64,000 nucleotides of DNA from Candidatus Omnitrophota bacterium (GTDB lineage Bacteria > Omnitrophota > Gorgyraeia > Duberdicusellales > 4484-171), in the NCBI GenBank assembly GCA_043823745.1, contig JBDRAN010000013.1:818-64817 (forward strand), read 5' to 3'. Both the position numbers and the translations under genes were made by a program. Under the pieces are notes generated by a model. That model searched no databases. It was not told where the DNA came from and saw only the letters and a program-made list of their open reading frames with translations. Shown in pieces: positions 1 to 9,287 of the stretch; the first letter of the stretch is position 1; each line of letters begins with the position of its first letter.

Positions 1-89
1 CTTCGTCCGATGACTCCGACAAGAAATGCTGCAAGTGATTATCCGCTCAGGCATCTTTAAGCGGATCATCCGTCGTATCGTGTGACACC

Positions 90-1061
90 ATGATAATCCA
101 GTGCCAGTTGTGCCCTAAAGCCTGCCGTCTTGCTCCCGGCGGCCGCGGCGACTGCCGTATTCGCGCCAACATTGACGGGAAACTCCGCGCGCTTACCTAC
201 GGGAAACCCTGTAGTATTCACGTTGACCCAATCGAAAAAAAACCCCTTTTTCATTTTTATCCCGGTTCCCCTATTCTTTCCATAGCCACCGCCGGTTGTA
301 ATCTGCACTGCAAAAATTGCCAGAACTGGGAGATTTCCCAGGCAGACCCGGAGACCATTGCTGCCTACGACGCCGGTCCTCAGGATATCATTACGCTTGC
401 GGCTCGCGAGCAATGTTCAATGGTTGCCTATACCTATACTGATCCCGCAGCCTTCTATGAATATGCGCTGGATACTTCCCTCCTGGCCCGCACGCGCGGC
501 CTTAAGAATGTTTTAGTGACCGCCGGTTACCTTAATCAGGCGCCGCTTAAAAAAATACTTGCAGTTACAGACGCAGCGCATATTGATTTAAAGTTTTTTG
601 ACGACCGTCTGTATCGGGAAATGACCTCGGGGACCCTTAAGCCGGTGCTTGAAACCCTGGTTACCGCCAAAGCCATGGATGTGTGGATTGAGATCATCCA
701 TTTGATCATTCCGACCATCAACGATGATTTTGACATGATTCGTTCCATGTGCGTCTGGATACGTCAGAATCTGGGCAGCGAGGTGCCTATTCATTTCTCA
801 CGGTTTTATCCGCAGTACCTATTAAAAAATATCCCTCCCACGCCGGTTGAAACGCTGCGCCGCGCGCGCGATATTGCCCGGGAAGCGGGCTTGGCCTATG
901 TATATATAGGAAATGTCTGGGGTGAAGCGGAGGATACCCGCTGCCCCCATGACGGCAGTCTCCTCATTCAACGAATCGGTTATACGATTAAAGAATACAA
1001 TCTTCTTGCCGGAGGAACATGTAAAACATGTGGTAACGTGATTGCGGGGAGATGGCGGTGA
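90..1061 (+). CDS. amrS: AmmeMemoRadiSam system radical SAM enzyme (PFL-activase-like)
   Basis: N-terminal CQLCPKAC, DPIEKKPLFHF, radical SAM CNLHCKNC, HFSRFYPQY, YVYIGNV; true start uncertain. Confidence 0.85.
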   Translation: MIIQCQLCPKACRLAPGGRGDCRIRANIDGKLRALTYGKPCSIHVDPIEKKPLFHFYPGSPILSIATAGCNLHCKNCQNWEISQADPETIAAYDAGPQDIITLAAREQCSMVAYTYTDPAAFYEYALDTSLLARTRGLKNVLVTAGYLNQAPLKKILAVTDAAHIDLKFFDDRLYREMTSGTLKPVLETLVTAKAMDVWIEIIHLIIPTINDDFDMIRSMCVWIRQNLGSEVPIHFSRFYPQYLLKNIPPTPVETLRRARDIAREAGLAYVYIGNVWGEAEDTRCPHDGSLLIQRIGYTIKEYNLLAGGTCKTCGNVIAGRWR

Positions 1062-1160
1062 GCGTTGGGCCTGCTGTAGGCTACAAGCTGCACGTCGCAA
1101 GCTTTAAGAGAAAAATAAAAAATCCTGTGGCCTGAAGCTTGTAGCTTGAAGCGAGAAAAT

Positions 1161-1349
1161 ATGAATCATTTAACACGTAAACAATTCTTGAAACTCTGCG
1201 GGAGCGTTTTGGCGGGAGCGTTTATTTGCTCCACGCACCTGGCGCGATTTTTCCTCCGTGTTCACCCGGCTAATAATTTTGCGTGCGTGATCCCTTATAA
1301 ATATTTAAGAAAGGAAGATCTCCGCCCCCGGAGCGATTTACTTGGATGA
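1161..1349 (+). CDS. small protein with Tat-like N-terminus
   Basis: MNHLTRKQFLK followed by a hydrophobic stretch; stop overlaps the next ATG (ATGA). Confidence 0.55.
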   Translation: MNHLTRKQFLKLCGSVLAGAFICSTHLARFFLRVHPANNFACVIPYKYLRKEDLRPRSDLLG

Positions 1350-4300
1350 GAAAAATAATTTTTCTCTTTTTCTTTACGCTCGGCTTTTTCTCGCTCCTTG
1401 CCCAGACGGTGACTATTCGCGAGTTTCTGATCGCGTTTGGAAGCGGCCAGCTCGGTATTGGGCTTTTTTACTCATTCTGGTTATTGTGGGTGGGCGCGGG
1501 TGCGCTCTGCGCGCGCCTCCTGCCCAGGGTTTCGGATAAGCATTTCTTGGCTATCGCAGCAAGTTACCCGATCTTTGCGTTTTGCGAAATTATTTTATTT
1601 ATAAACCTGCGACAATGTGCATCGGTGAGCCCCTGGGAACTTTTTATTCCGCAGAAAGTTTTTTTATTCCTTCTCTTTTTTACCGTCCCGGTTTCCTTTC
1701 TGACCGGTGTTCTTTTTACCGCAGCAATAAGAGTGCTTACGCGCCTTGGTCCCGCAGAAACATTGCCCGTTGTCGGCCGCGCATATGCGTTTGATGCGGC
1801 AGGTAGCTTTCTTGCCGGCTGCGTTGTGACCGCTGTTTTTTACTGGCGCGTGCCGGTCGTTACCGTGACTGCGGTCACCGGTTTTCTTTTTATACTTGTG
1901 GTTTTAGCGGCAGCCCGGCGTTCTAAACAGAAAGGAGCGGCCTTACTAAGTTTTTCCTTAGCCGCGCTTCTTGCTGTTAGTTTTTTCTATATGCCGCAAC
2001 TGGAGGCGTTGACCGCTCGCATGCGCAGCGCCAACATATTTCCCTCGGGCCGTCTGCGTGCCGAAGTGACAACGCCCTACCAGCATCTTCTTCTGGCGCA
2101 ACTTGCAGACACGATGGTTATTGTCTCAAACGGGGAAATTATAACTACGATCCCTAACCGGGTGGATGCGGATTACCAGAGCGCGCTTTTTATGGCGCAG
2201 GTTCCGCAGGCTCGGGAAATTTTAGTAATAGGGTATGGCGCAGAAAATCTTATCCGTTCACTCCTTGCGTTTCCAGTTACGCGCGTCACCTATTGCCTTC
2301 AGGATCGCACGTACTATGAAACGATGAAACAATATGTACCGGTTGACGCGCGCCTTGCCGTTGTCTGCGATTCGCCGCGCGCGTTTTTGAAGAAAAAAAA
2401 TTCGTTTGATCTTATTGTCGTGCACGTCCCCGAACCTTCGGATCTTTTTACGAATACTTTTTATACACGCGAGTTTTACGAACTTCTTCGCAAGAATCTT
2501 TCAAGCCAGGGGATCATTGCTACCGCGTTTACCTCGGCAGAAAATTTTATGGGTACCCAGGTGCGTGATTATGGCTCAAGCCTTTATTACACCCTGCGCG
2601 CGGTGTTTGATAACGTTGTCATTGTGCCCCAGGAGCGTAGCTGGTTTCTTGCCGGAGGTCCCGAAGCCGACGTATGCGAGGATCCGGCAATTCTGGCCCG
2701 CCGCCTGAGGTACATCATGCCGCCGTCATCGGTATTTAAGCCGGAAGGGTTTGCGAGTATTTTTTTGCCGGCTCAACGTGCGTTTTTCAAGGATATGTAT
2801 ATCGAAAACAGGCTCTTTAAAGCAACCGGCCTTTATAATACTGACCGGCAGCCCCTGACATTTTTTTTAAATACGTTGGTTCTGGCGCGATATTCAGGAT
2901 TACCGCTGGCCCCATTGGTTACCCGCGCTTTTTTTTCAGGATTCATTATCTTTTGTATGCCTCTGTGTATTTTTTTTATCGCGCGCCTCGTATTTCTTAT
3001 GCGCATTGAAAATCATTCTGTGCGCCGCCTTTCCCTGCATGCTACGATTTTTCAATTTTTCTCGGGGTTTCTTGGTTTTTCATTCCACCTGTGTCTTATT
3101 TTCATGTTTCAGAACAGGTTCGGCACAATCTTTGTGTTTATCGGTGCTTTAAGTGCGTTGTTTATGCTGGGCCTTGCTGTCGGAGGGTTTGCCGGAAGGA
3201 TTCTTGCCTTTCGATTTTCTCCGCCGCTTGCCGCCGCCGCGGTCCTGGGCTTTCAAGGCGCGCTTATTCTTTCTGGTTGCGCTTTCTTTGTATTTGTACA
3301 CATGCCCGCAGCCCTGGCCGGTGGGCTGTTCATTGTTTTATTTTTTATCGGCGGGTTTTTTACGGGAAATTCCTACCCGTTGGTTGCAGCGATCTTTAAA
3401 CATACGAGGGCCGATGACTCCTCAAGCGCGGCAACTCTTATCGTGCTTGATCATTGGGGCGGGGCCCTCGCCGGGGCAATCACCGGGTTGCTCCTTTTGC
3501 CGTTGGCCGGTCTTACTCACACACTTGTGATATTGGCGTTGGTTGCGTTTTTTGCCGCAGGGCTTTGCGCGCTTGAGAGTAAATGTTTGAGCGCCTTATT
3601 GAAAAAACGCAGCATCTCATTTCTTTCTTTTCCGTATATCCGTTTTTCCTGTGTGCTTATCGCCACGGCGCTTTCGCTTCTATGCCTGCGTTATTTTCTA
3701 GAGCGACCAGTACCGGCGCCAGGCTTGCCGGTAACGATACCTGCCGCGGGAGCCGGGTGCATTATGCAGGAGGAACCTTTCCGGGCATTGGTCTGTCCGA
3801 CAGCCACGGGTCGGGAGTATCATATCGATTCAAATGATTTCGGTAGGGGCGTGAAAGGTTTTGCCGGCCCCCTGCGCCTTGCACTCTGTCTGAGCGAGCA
3901 GGGCGAAATCAAAGAAGTCAAAGTTATCGAGCACCGGGAGACCGCGCTTTATGTGCGTGAGTTTGAAAAATTCCTTGCTCAATTTAGCGGTAGGCGGGTA
4001 ACTGAGTCATTTTCGCGCGATACCATTGACGTAATGAGTGGGGCAACCATCACCTCAGGCGCGGTTATTGATTTTGTTAAAGAAATGGTCCGCCTCGTCC
4101 ATGACCCGTTAGATCCGGGCTCGCAATTTCAAAAAACATCGCCGGTTATTTTTGATGGTTCGTTCTGGTATGCGTGTATTATGCTGGGTGGCGCACTCGT
4201 CTTGTATTGTTTTCCTGTGTATACTCGGTTACGTACCGCGTTTCTTTTTATTGTTGTGATTCTCTCGGGATTTATTTTTAACCATACTTTTTCGCTGACG

Positions 4301-4864
4301 CATCTGGCGCATATCTTTGTGTTGCGCCCCATACCTTTGACAGTGGCTTCCGTGGCTTTTGTATTTCTCGTTCCCGTCACCCTCGGCATTTTTTTCGGAC
4401 AACTCTGGTGTGGGTGGCTTTGTCCTTTTGGGGCGTTGCAGGAACTGGTAGGGTTCCGCGCGCGCAAGCTACCGGCGCGCATCGATAAGAAAGCTCGCTA
4501 TGGTAAGTATCTGGTTTTGTTTGGGGTTATTCTTGCCGTAGTTTTTTCTTCTTCTGAATTCTGGTTTGCGCACGAGCCGCTTTCGGTATTTTTTTCCCGC
4601 GTCCCGGTCAGATTTAAGCTCCTGGGGCTTATTGCGCTCTTCTTCTCTTTATTTTTTCGGCGTTTCTGGTGCCGTTATTTTTGCGCGGCCGGAGCATTCT
4701 TGTCTTTTTTTAATAAAATCGGGTTATTGACGCGTTTTTTTCCCAAGCGGTACACGCATTGTCCGTTCCATGTTTCCGGGCCTCTTGATATTGACTGTAT
4801 TCAGTGTAATATATGTAGAAGCGCTCCGCGTAAAGATAAGCGCGAGGAGTTCTATGAAACGTGA
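1346..4864 (+). CDS. membrane fusion: spermidine-synthase-like/MFS + FMN-binding + 4Fe-4S (NosR/RnfG-like) domains
   Basis: Multiple TM helices; TPYQHL...NGE, LVIGYG, FYTREFY, NTDRQP; HRET and DVMSGATITS flavinylation motif; CGWLCPFG, WCRYFC, CIQCNIC. Confidence 0.8.
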   Translation: MRKIIFLFFFTLGFFSLLAQTVTIREFLIAFGSGQLGIGLFYSFWLLWVGAGALCARLLPRVSDKHFLAIAASYPIFAFCEIILFINLRQCASVSPWELFIPQKVFLFLLFFTVPVSFLTGVLFTAAIRVLTRLGPAETLPVVGRAYAFDAAGSFLAGCVVTAVFYWRVPVVTVTAVTGFLFILVVLAAARRSKQKGAALLSFSLAALLAVSFFYMPQLEALTARMRSANIFPSGRLRAEVTTPYQHLLLAQLADTMVIVSNGEIITTIPNRVDADYQSALFMAQVPQAREILVIGYGAENLIRSLLAFPVTRVTYCLQDRTYYETMKQYVPVDARLAVVCDSPRAFLKKKNSFDLIVVHVPEPSDLFTNTFYTREFYELLRKNLSSQGIIATAFTSAENFMGTQVRDYGSSLYYTLRAVFDNVVIVPQERSWFLAGGPEADVCEDPAILARRLRYIMPPSSVFKPEGFASIFLPAQRAFFKDMYIENRLFKATGLYNTDRQPLTFFLNTLVLARYSGLPLAPLVTRAFFSGFIIFCMPLCIFFIARLVFLMRIENHSVRRLSLHATIFQFFSGFLGFSFHLCLIFMFQNRFGTIFVFIGALSALFMLGLAVGGFAGRILAFRFSPPLAAAAVLGFQGALILSGCAFFVFVHMPAALAGGLFIVLFFIGGFFTGNSYPLVAAIFKHTRADDSSSAATLIVLDHWGGALAGAITGLLLLPLAGLTHTLVILALVAFFAAGLCALESKCLSALLKKRSISFLSFPYIRFSCVLIATALSLLCLRYFLERPVPAPGLPVTIPAAGAGCIMQEEPFRALVCPTATGREYHIDSNDFGRGVKGFAGPLRLALCLSEQGEIKEVKVIEHRETALYVREFEKFLAQFSGRRVTESFSRDTIDVMSGATITSGAVIDFVKEMVRLVHDPLDPGSQFQKTSPVIFDGSFWYACIMLGGALVLYCFPVYTRLRTAFLFIVVILSGFIFNHTFSLTHLAHIFVLRPIPLTVASVAFVFLVPVTLGIFFGQLWCGWLCPFGALQELVGFRARKLPARIDKKARYGKYLVLFGVILAVVFSSSEFWFAHEPLSVFFSRVPVRFKLLGLIALFFSLFFRRFWCRYFCAAGAFLSFFNKIGLLTRFFPKRYTHCPFHVSGPLDIDCIQCNICRSAPRKDKREEFYET

Positions 4865-5072
4865 ATATTTTTTTATTGTCGCCTGGTGCGTAACGGCGAT
4901 TCTTTTTCTTGGTGAGCCGTTTGTACAAAGCCAGCTCAGGCGTCCGGATGCGCCCCTCGCGGCATCAGGAGTGCATGTAAGATCCGATGAAACACGATTG
5001 CGCGGCCTCATCGCGCGCAACAAGCTTTCCGGCACTGAAGCGCTTTATTATACGGTGGTCGATGAACATTAA
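4854..5072 (+). CDS. small membrane-anchored protein
   Basis: RBS GAGGAG then ATG; N-terminal TM segment; ends KLSGTEALYY; overlaps both neighbours. Confidence 0.55.
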   Translation: MKREYFFIVAWCVTAILFLGEPFVQSQLRRPDAPLAASGVHVRSDETRLRGLIARNKLSGTEALYYTVVDEH

Positions 5073-6066
5073 GGTTAGCGTGCTGTTTATGGTTTGCCTG
5101 TGCGGGGCAGGTGTCTCTGCTCAAGATACGGATGCCGGACCGCAGATGTATGTGGGAGGAGTCATTTGGGACACCGATCCGCAGGCGATAGTCAATGGAA
5201 AGCTCCTGCGCCAGGGTGATACCATACAGAATAGTACTGTTCAGCGTATTGATGATGAGGGAGTTACGTTTACCTACCAGGGTAAAACGTTTCGTAAGCG
5301 TGTTGGTGAGGGTAGTTCTTCGCATCTTTCATGGGGGATTCCTGTGGCTTCCCTGAAACAGTCACGTGTCCCGGCCCGCAGCGACTTTTTTCATTCCATG
5401 GCGAGGGAGTTGATTACCAAGGCACAAGCCAGTTATACGCAGGCGCAAGAAGCGTACGCTCGCGTAGAGGAAGAGGCCGCACTCCAATACTATGATGCCG
5501 CAATACGTAATGCGCAAGGCGCCTATGCGTACGCGAACGAAACCGAGCGGCGCCCGATACAGCAGTTTATGAAGACATGCTCTGAGCGTATCCACCAGAT
5601 ACGTGGCGAGCCGACAAAAGTGGATGATGTGGGAGCACATCAGCTTGCGAACCCTGAGGCTATTGCATCCTGGATGAGCGCGCACATTGCCTATCGCAGC
5701 GATGAGAAAGTACAGCAGAAACGCGACTATTGGCAGGCACCCCATGAAACCCTGATGCTCGAAAGTGGCGATTGTGAGGATTTAGCATTTCTTGCGCAGG
5801 CGTTCCTGGAGGAAATTGGAGTGTCTTCGCTGGTTGTTATGATAGAGGATAAAGAGAAAAAGAGTGCGCACGCGATGTGTGTATTTGGGCGCACCCCACC
5901 CTATAATTGTTTTGACGGCACTACGTTGCATCTGGTCAATAAAGAAACCATCGAAGACCTCGTTGAGGGGCTGTATCCTGGTTATTATATTGTCAACCGG
6001 TACGTCGCGCATACGCCCCGCAGCATTCCTTTGTTTGATAGTAACGGCGATGTGATCATTCCTTAA
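5062..6066 (+). CDS. secreted transglutaminase-like cysteine peptidase (BTLCP/LapG-like) with GspB-like N-terminal domain
   Basis: Signal peptide; AIVNGKLLRQGDTI; DYWQAPHETL..GDCEDLA; HAMC. Confidence 0.7.
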   Translation: MNIKVSVLFMVCLCGAGVSAQDTDAGPQMYVGGVIWDTDPQAIVNGKLLRQGDTIQNSTVQRIDDEGVTFTYQGKTFRKRVGEGSSSHLSWGIPVASLKQSRVPARSDFFHSMARELITKAQASYTQAQEAYARVEEEAALQYYDAAIRNAQGAYAYANETERRPIQQFMKTCSERIHQIRGEPTKVDDVGAHQLANPEAIASWMSAHIAYRSDEKVQQKRDYWQAPHETLMLESGDCEDLAFLAQAFLEEIGVSSLVVMIEDKEKKSAHAMCVFGRTPPYNCFDGTTLHLVNKETIEDLVEGLYPGYYIVNRYVAHTPRSIPLFDSNGDVIIP

Positions 6067-6074
6067 TAAAAATA

Positions 6075-6776
6075 ATGCCTACGATTTTTTCGATTACTCC
6101 AGCTATGCTTAATCTTTTCCGCGAATGCCCGCGGTGTTTCTGGCTTGAGCTGGCAAAAAAAGGATCTTTGAGGAGGCCTTGCGTGCCTGCATCGGGATTT
6201 TTTGATGGGATGTGTGTATTATTGCGTAAACGTTTTGATGCCTACCGCGCCCAGGGCTCTTTACCTCCGGAGCTCAAAAAAATCATTGCGGGAGTGCCTG
6301 TTCCGCAGCGATTAATCACCGCCTGGCGAGGCCCGGAGAAAGGGTTGCGTTTCCGGGATAGGGGCCGGTTCGCGCTCACCGCCCATCCCGATGAGTGCGT
6401 GATCGTCGGCACCCGCTATATCCCGGTACGATTGCGCGTCTCAGGAGGCTTAAAACGCGAAGGTTTGGCTTCTGCTTCAATTCTCGAGTTAAGTTGCTAT
6501 AATTTTCTTCTTGAGCGCGCCGGTTACGCTGTCAGCCGGTACGCGTACGACATTTCATATGTATTTACAGCGTTTAATGATGAGAAGACAGCGAGTTTTA
6601 ACGTTTCGCTTACACAGGCGCCGACGCTTGCGGCAGGTACTATTTATACTATGGTTTCCGCTGCCGTTGACGTTTTAAAAAGCGTAGTTCCTCCTCAGGA
6701 GAGCAGTGATTGTCGGTTTTGCGCCTGGGTAAAGCGCGCCGCGAATCTTGATCGCGCGCAGATTAAGCTCTTTTAA
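6075..6776 (+). CDS. PD-(D/E)XK/Cas4-like fold protein with degenerate active site
   Basis: LNLFRECPRCFW, ELSCY (QLxxY-like), C-terminal CRFCAW. Confidence 0.6.
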   Translation: MPTIFSITPAMLNLFRECPRCFWLELAKKGSLRRPCVPASGFFDGMCVLLRKRFDAYRAQGSLPPELKKIIAGVPVPQRLITAWRGPEKGLRFRDRGRFALTAHPDECVIVGTRYIPVRLRVSGGLKREGLASASILELSCYNFLLERAGYAVSRYAYDISYVFTAFNDEKTASFNVSLTQAPTLAAGTIYTMVSAAVDVLKSVVPPQESSDCRFCAWVKRAANLDRAQIKLF

Positions 6777-6794
6777 CCCGCCTTCTTAAAGTGG

Positions 6795-6822
6795 TTGACA
6801 GAAGAGTGCCTCTGTGTAAGAT
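6795..6822 (+). promoter_or_regulatory. sigma70-like promoter
   Basis: TTGACA-16 nt-TAAGAT upstream of the ferredoxin gene. Confidence 0.55.
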
Positions 6823-6917
6823 ACTACCAATTTAGGTGGTTCGATGTCCCCCGATACTTGTTGCTGCCTTTTTGAGGGCGTCACGACGGGAGAGTTTTCT
6901 TAAATACAGGAGTGCTT

Positions 6918-7766
6918 ATGGCGACAAGGAAAATTATAAAGATCGATGAGGAAAAATGCAACGGGTGTGGCCTGTGTATCCCTAACTGTCCGGAGGGGGC
7001 ATTGCAGGTTATTGACGGTAAAGCACGATTGATCAGCGATCTCTTTTGCGACGGCCTGGGTGCCTGCATCGGTCATTGTCCGCAGGGCGCCATAGAAATT
7101 GAGGAGCGCCAGGCTTCAGCCTACGATGAACGTAAAGTTATGGCGAATATCGTCAAGGCAGGCCCCAATGTTATTAAGGCGCATCTTGAGCATCTGCGCG
7201 ATCATAACGAAATGAAATATTTAAAGGAAGCGCTTGCTTTTTTAGAAGAAAACCACGTAACATTGCCGCTTGAGTTTAGGCAGCAACAAGCACCGCTTAA
7301 GGGAGGCTGTCCCGGGATGCGTACGCTGCAGTTTGGCGAGGCCGAGGCCGAAAGGACCCTTGAGCCCGGTTCGGTGCCCTCACGGTTGCGTCAGTGGCCG
7401 GTACAACTCCATTTAGTTTCTCCCACCGCACCGTATTATCAGGCTGCGGATGTCCTGCTTGCTGCCGATTGCGCGGCCTATGCCTATGGAAATTTTCACG
7501 CACAATATCTTAAAGGAAAGTCTCTCGCGATCGCCTGCCCCAAACTCGATAGTAACAAAGAAATATATGTGGAGAAACTGGTTGCGATGATTGATGAGGC
7601 TAAGATCAACACACTTTCAGTGATGATCATGGAAGTACCCTGCTGCGGCGGTCTGCTTATGCTGGCTAAAGACGCTCTCACCAAGGCTCAACGCAAAATC
7701 CCGCTGAAAGTTATTATGGTGGGAATTCAGGGAAATATTGTAAAAGAGGAGTGGGTTTCTAGCTAA
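6918..7766 (+). CDS. 4Fe-4S dicluster ferredoxin-domain protein
   Basis: CNGCGLCIPNCP, CDGLGACIGHCP, QWPVQL, ACPKLD, MEVPCC. Confidence 0.85.
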   Translation: MATRKIIKIDEEKCNGCGLCIPNCPEGALQVIDGKARLISDLFCDGLGACIGHCPQGAIEIEERQASAYDERKVMANIVKAGPNVIKAHLEHLRDHNEMKYLKEALAFLEENHVTLPLEFRQQQAPLKGGCPGMRTLQFGEAEAERTLEPGSVPSRLRQWPVQLHLVSPTAPYYQAADVLLAADCAAYAYGNFHAQYLKGKSLAIACPKLDSNKEIYVEKLVAMIDEAKINTLSVMIMEVPCCGGLLMLAKDALTKAQRKIPLKVIMVGIQGNIVKEEWVSS

Positions 7767-7812
7767 TTGGATGCTCCACGTCGCAGGCCGCAAGCTTCAA
7801 AAATCCTAGAGC

Positions 7813-7939
7813 CTGTCCCGTTTCCTATAATATTATAATAAGGTGCGGGACGCCCCGAACCTTGATAAACAAATAAAGAAAACGGGTGCTGTCCCGTTTC
7901 CTATAATATTATAATAAGGTGCGGGACGTCCCGAACCTT
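7813..7939. repeat. 51-bp direct repeat (2 copies, 1 mismatch) built from REP-like palindromes
   Basis: CTGTCCCGTTTCCTATAATATTATAATAAGGTGCGGGACGYCCCGAACCTT at 7813 and 7889. Confidence 0.9.
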
Positions 7940-7989
7940 TTAATTATTAAGGGTAACGAGACTGCAGCCTGTAGCGTGAAGATGTAATT

Positions 7990-8988
7990 ATGAAAGCTCT
8001 TGCATTGATCTCCGGAGGCTTAGACAGTACTCTGGCGACAAAAATAGTTCAAGACCTCGGTATTGAGCTTATCGCTTTTAACACGGTAAGCCCCTTCTGT
8101 CTTTGTAACCATCGTTCTGCGCAGGGTTGTTTTCATGGCGCCGGAGCCGTGGCGCGAGATTTAAATCTTCGCATGATCGTGGTGAACGTTGCGGAGGAGA
8201 TGATCGAGATCGTAAAAAAACCTCCGCACGGGTATGGGTCCAATATGAATCCGTGCATTGACTGCCGTATTTTGTTATTTAAAAAAGCGAAAGAAGCGAT
8301 GGAGCGCGAAAGCGCCGCGTTTGTGATTACCGGCGAAGTCGTGGGGCAGCGGCCGATGTCGCAGAAAGTGCATACCATGAAGCATATAGAAAGAGAGGCA
8401 GACCTGGAAGGGTTTGTGGTGCGGCCGCTATCGGCAAAAGTTCTTGAGCCTACGATTCCCGAGGAGCGTGGCTGGATTATGCGGGAGAAGCTTCTTGATA
8501 TAAGCGGACGGGGGCGTGCCCCGCAGATCGCGTTAGCCAAGGAATTGGGGATTAATGATTATCCGTGTCCTTCGGGAGGTTGTCTTTTGACCGACCCTTC
8601 GTTTAGCCGGCGATTAAGGGACCAATTACAATACGGCGCGCTCGCGGCGCGCGAGGTGCAGTTACTTAAAATAGGCAGACATTGCCGCCTGACGTCTACG
8701 TGCAAGTTGATTGTGGGCAGAAATGAAGATGAAAACAAGAGGCTTCTGGAGTTAGCCGTCCCCGGCGATTTTGTTTTTGAACCAAAAGAATTACCGGGTC
8801 CGACCGGCCTTGTGTGCGGCACCCTTGATCAGGGACTCATGCGCCGCGCCGCAGGAGTTATCGCGCGTTATACCGCAAAAGACGCGCAAGCCGTGCTTGT
8901 CGTCTCGCGCGAAATTCCCTCGGGCATCGAGGAAATAATTTCCGCGACGGGCACCAGCGAGGATGATTTAAAGAGAGTAATCGTTTAA
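7990..8988 (+). CDS. ThiI/MnmA-like PP-loop tRNA thiolation protein with DUF814-like C-terminus
   Basis: SGGLDS, NPCIDCR, GEVVGQRPMSQ, PSGGCLLT, VGRNEDEN. Confidence 0.8.
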   Translation: MKALALISGGLDSTLATKIVQDLGIELIAFNTVSPFCLCNHRSAQGCFHGAGAVARDLNLRMIVVNVAEEMIEIVKKPPHGYGSNMNPCIDCRILLFKKAKEAMERESAAFVITGEVVGQRPMSQKVHTMKHIEREADLEGFVVRPLSAKVLEPTIPEERGWIMREKLLDISGRGRAPQIALAKELGINDYPCPSGGCLLTDPSFSRRLRDQLQYGALAAREVQLLKIGRHCRLTSTCKLIVGRNEDENKRLLELAVPGDFVFEPKELPGPTGLVCGTLDQGLMRRAAGVIARYTAKDAQAVLVVSREIPSGIEEIISATGTSEDDLKRVIV

Positions 8989-9287
8989 TGAGGCTTAGAT
9001 TTTTTCAAGCCGTAGTCCAGCAGGCCTTCGGCCTGTTGGGTAGTCTACCAGGACACCCTGAGGGGTAGGCGAAGGAAAAATCTGTAGCCGAATTAACCCC
9101 GTGAGTGTGTGAAAATTGTCGAAGACCCTTAGAAATTTCATACGAAATTTCAAGGACTAAGTCCCGGGAATTCGAAGAATTCCTCGGGGGAATTTTCGCA
9201 CGGTATACGAGCAGGGGTTATAGGGGTTCTATTCTCCGCAGCTTACTGTGAGGCAGTTCATTCATTATTTGATGATTGGAGGGAACC

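Noticed and set aside
6836-6895. GGTTCGA suggesting a tRNA T-loop or preQ1 riboswitch
   Set aside because: No cloverleaf and no A-rich preQ1 tail
7813-7939. Mini CRISPR array
   Set aside because: Only two 51-bp units made of REP-like palindromes, no leader or adjacent cas genes
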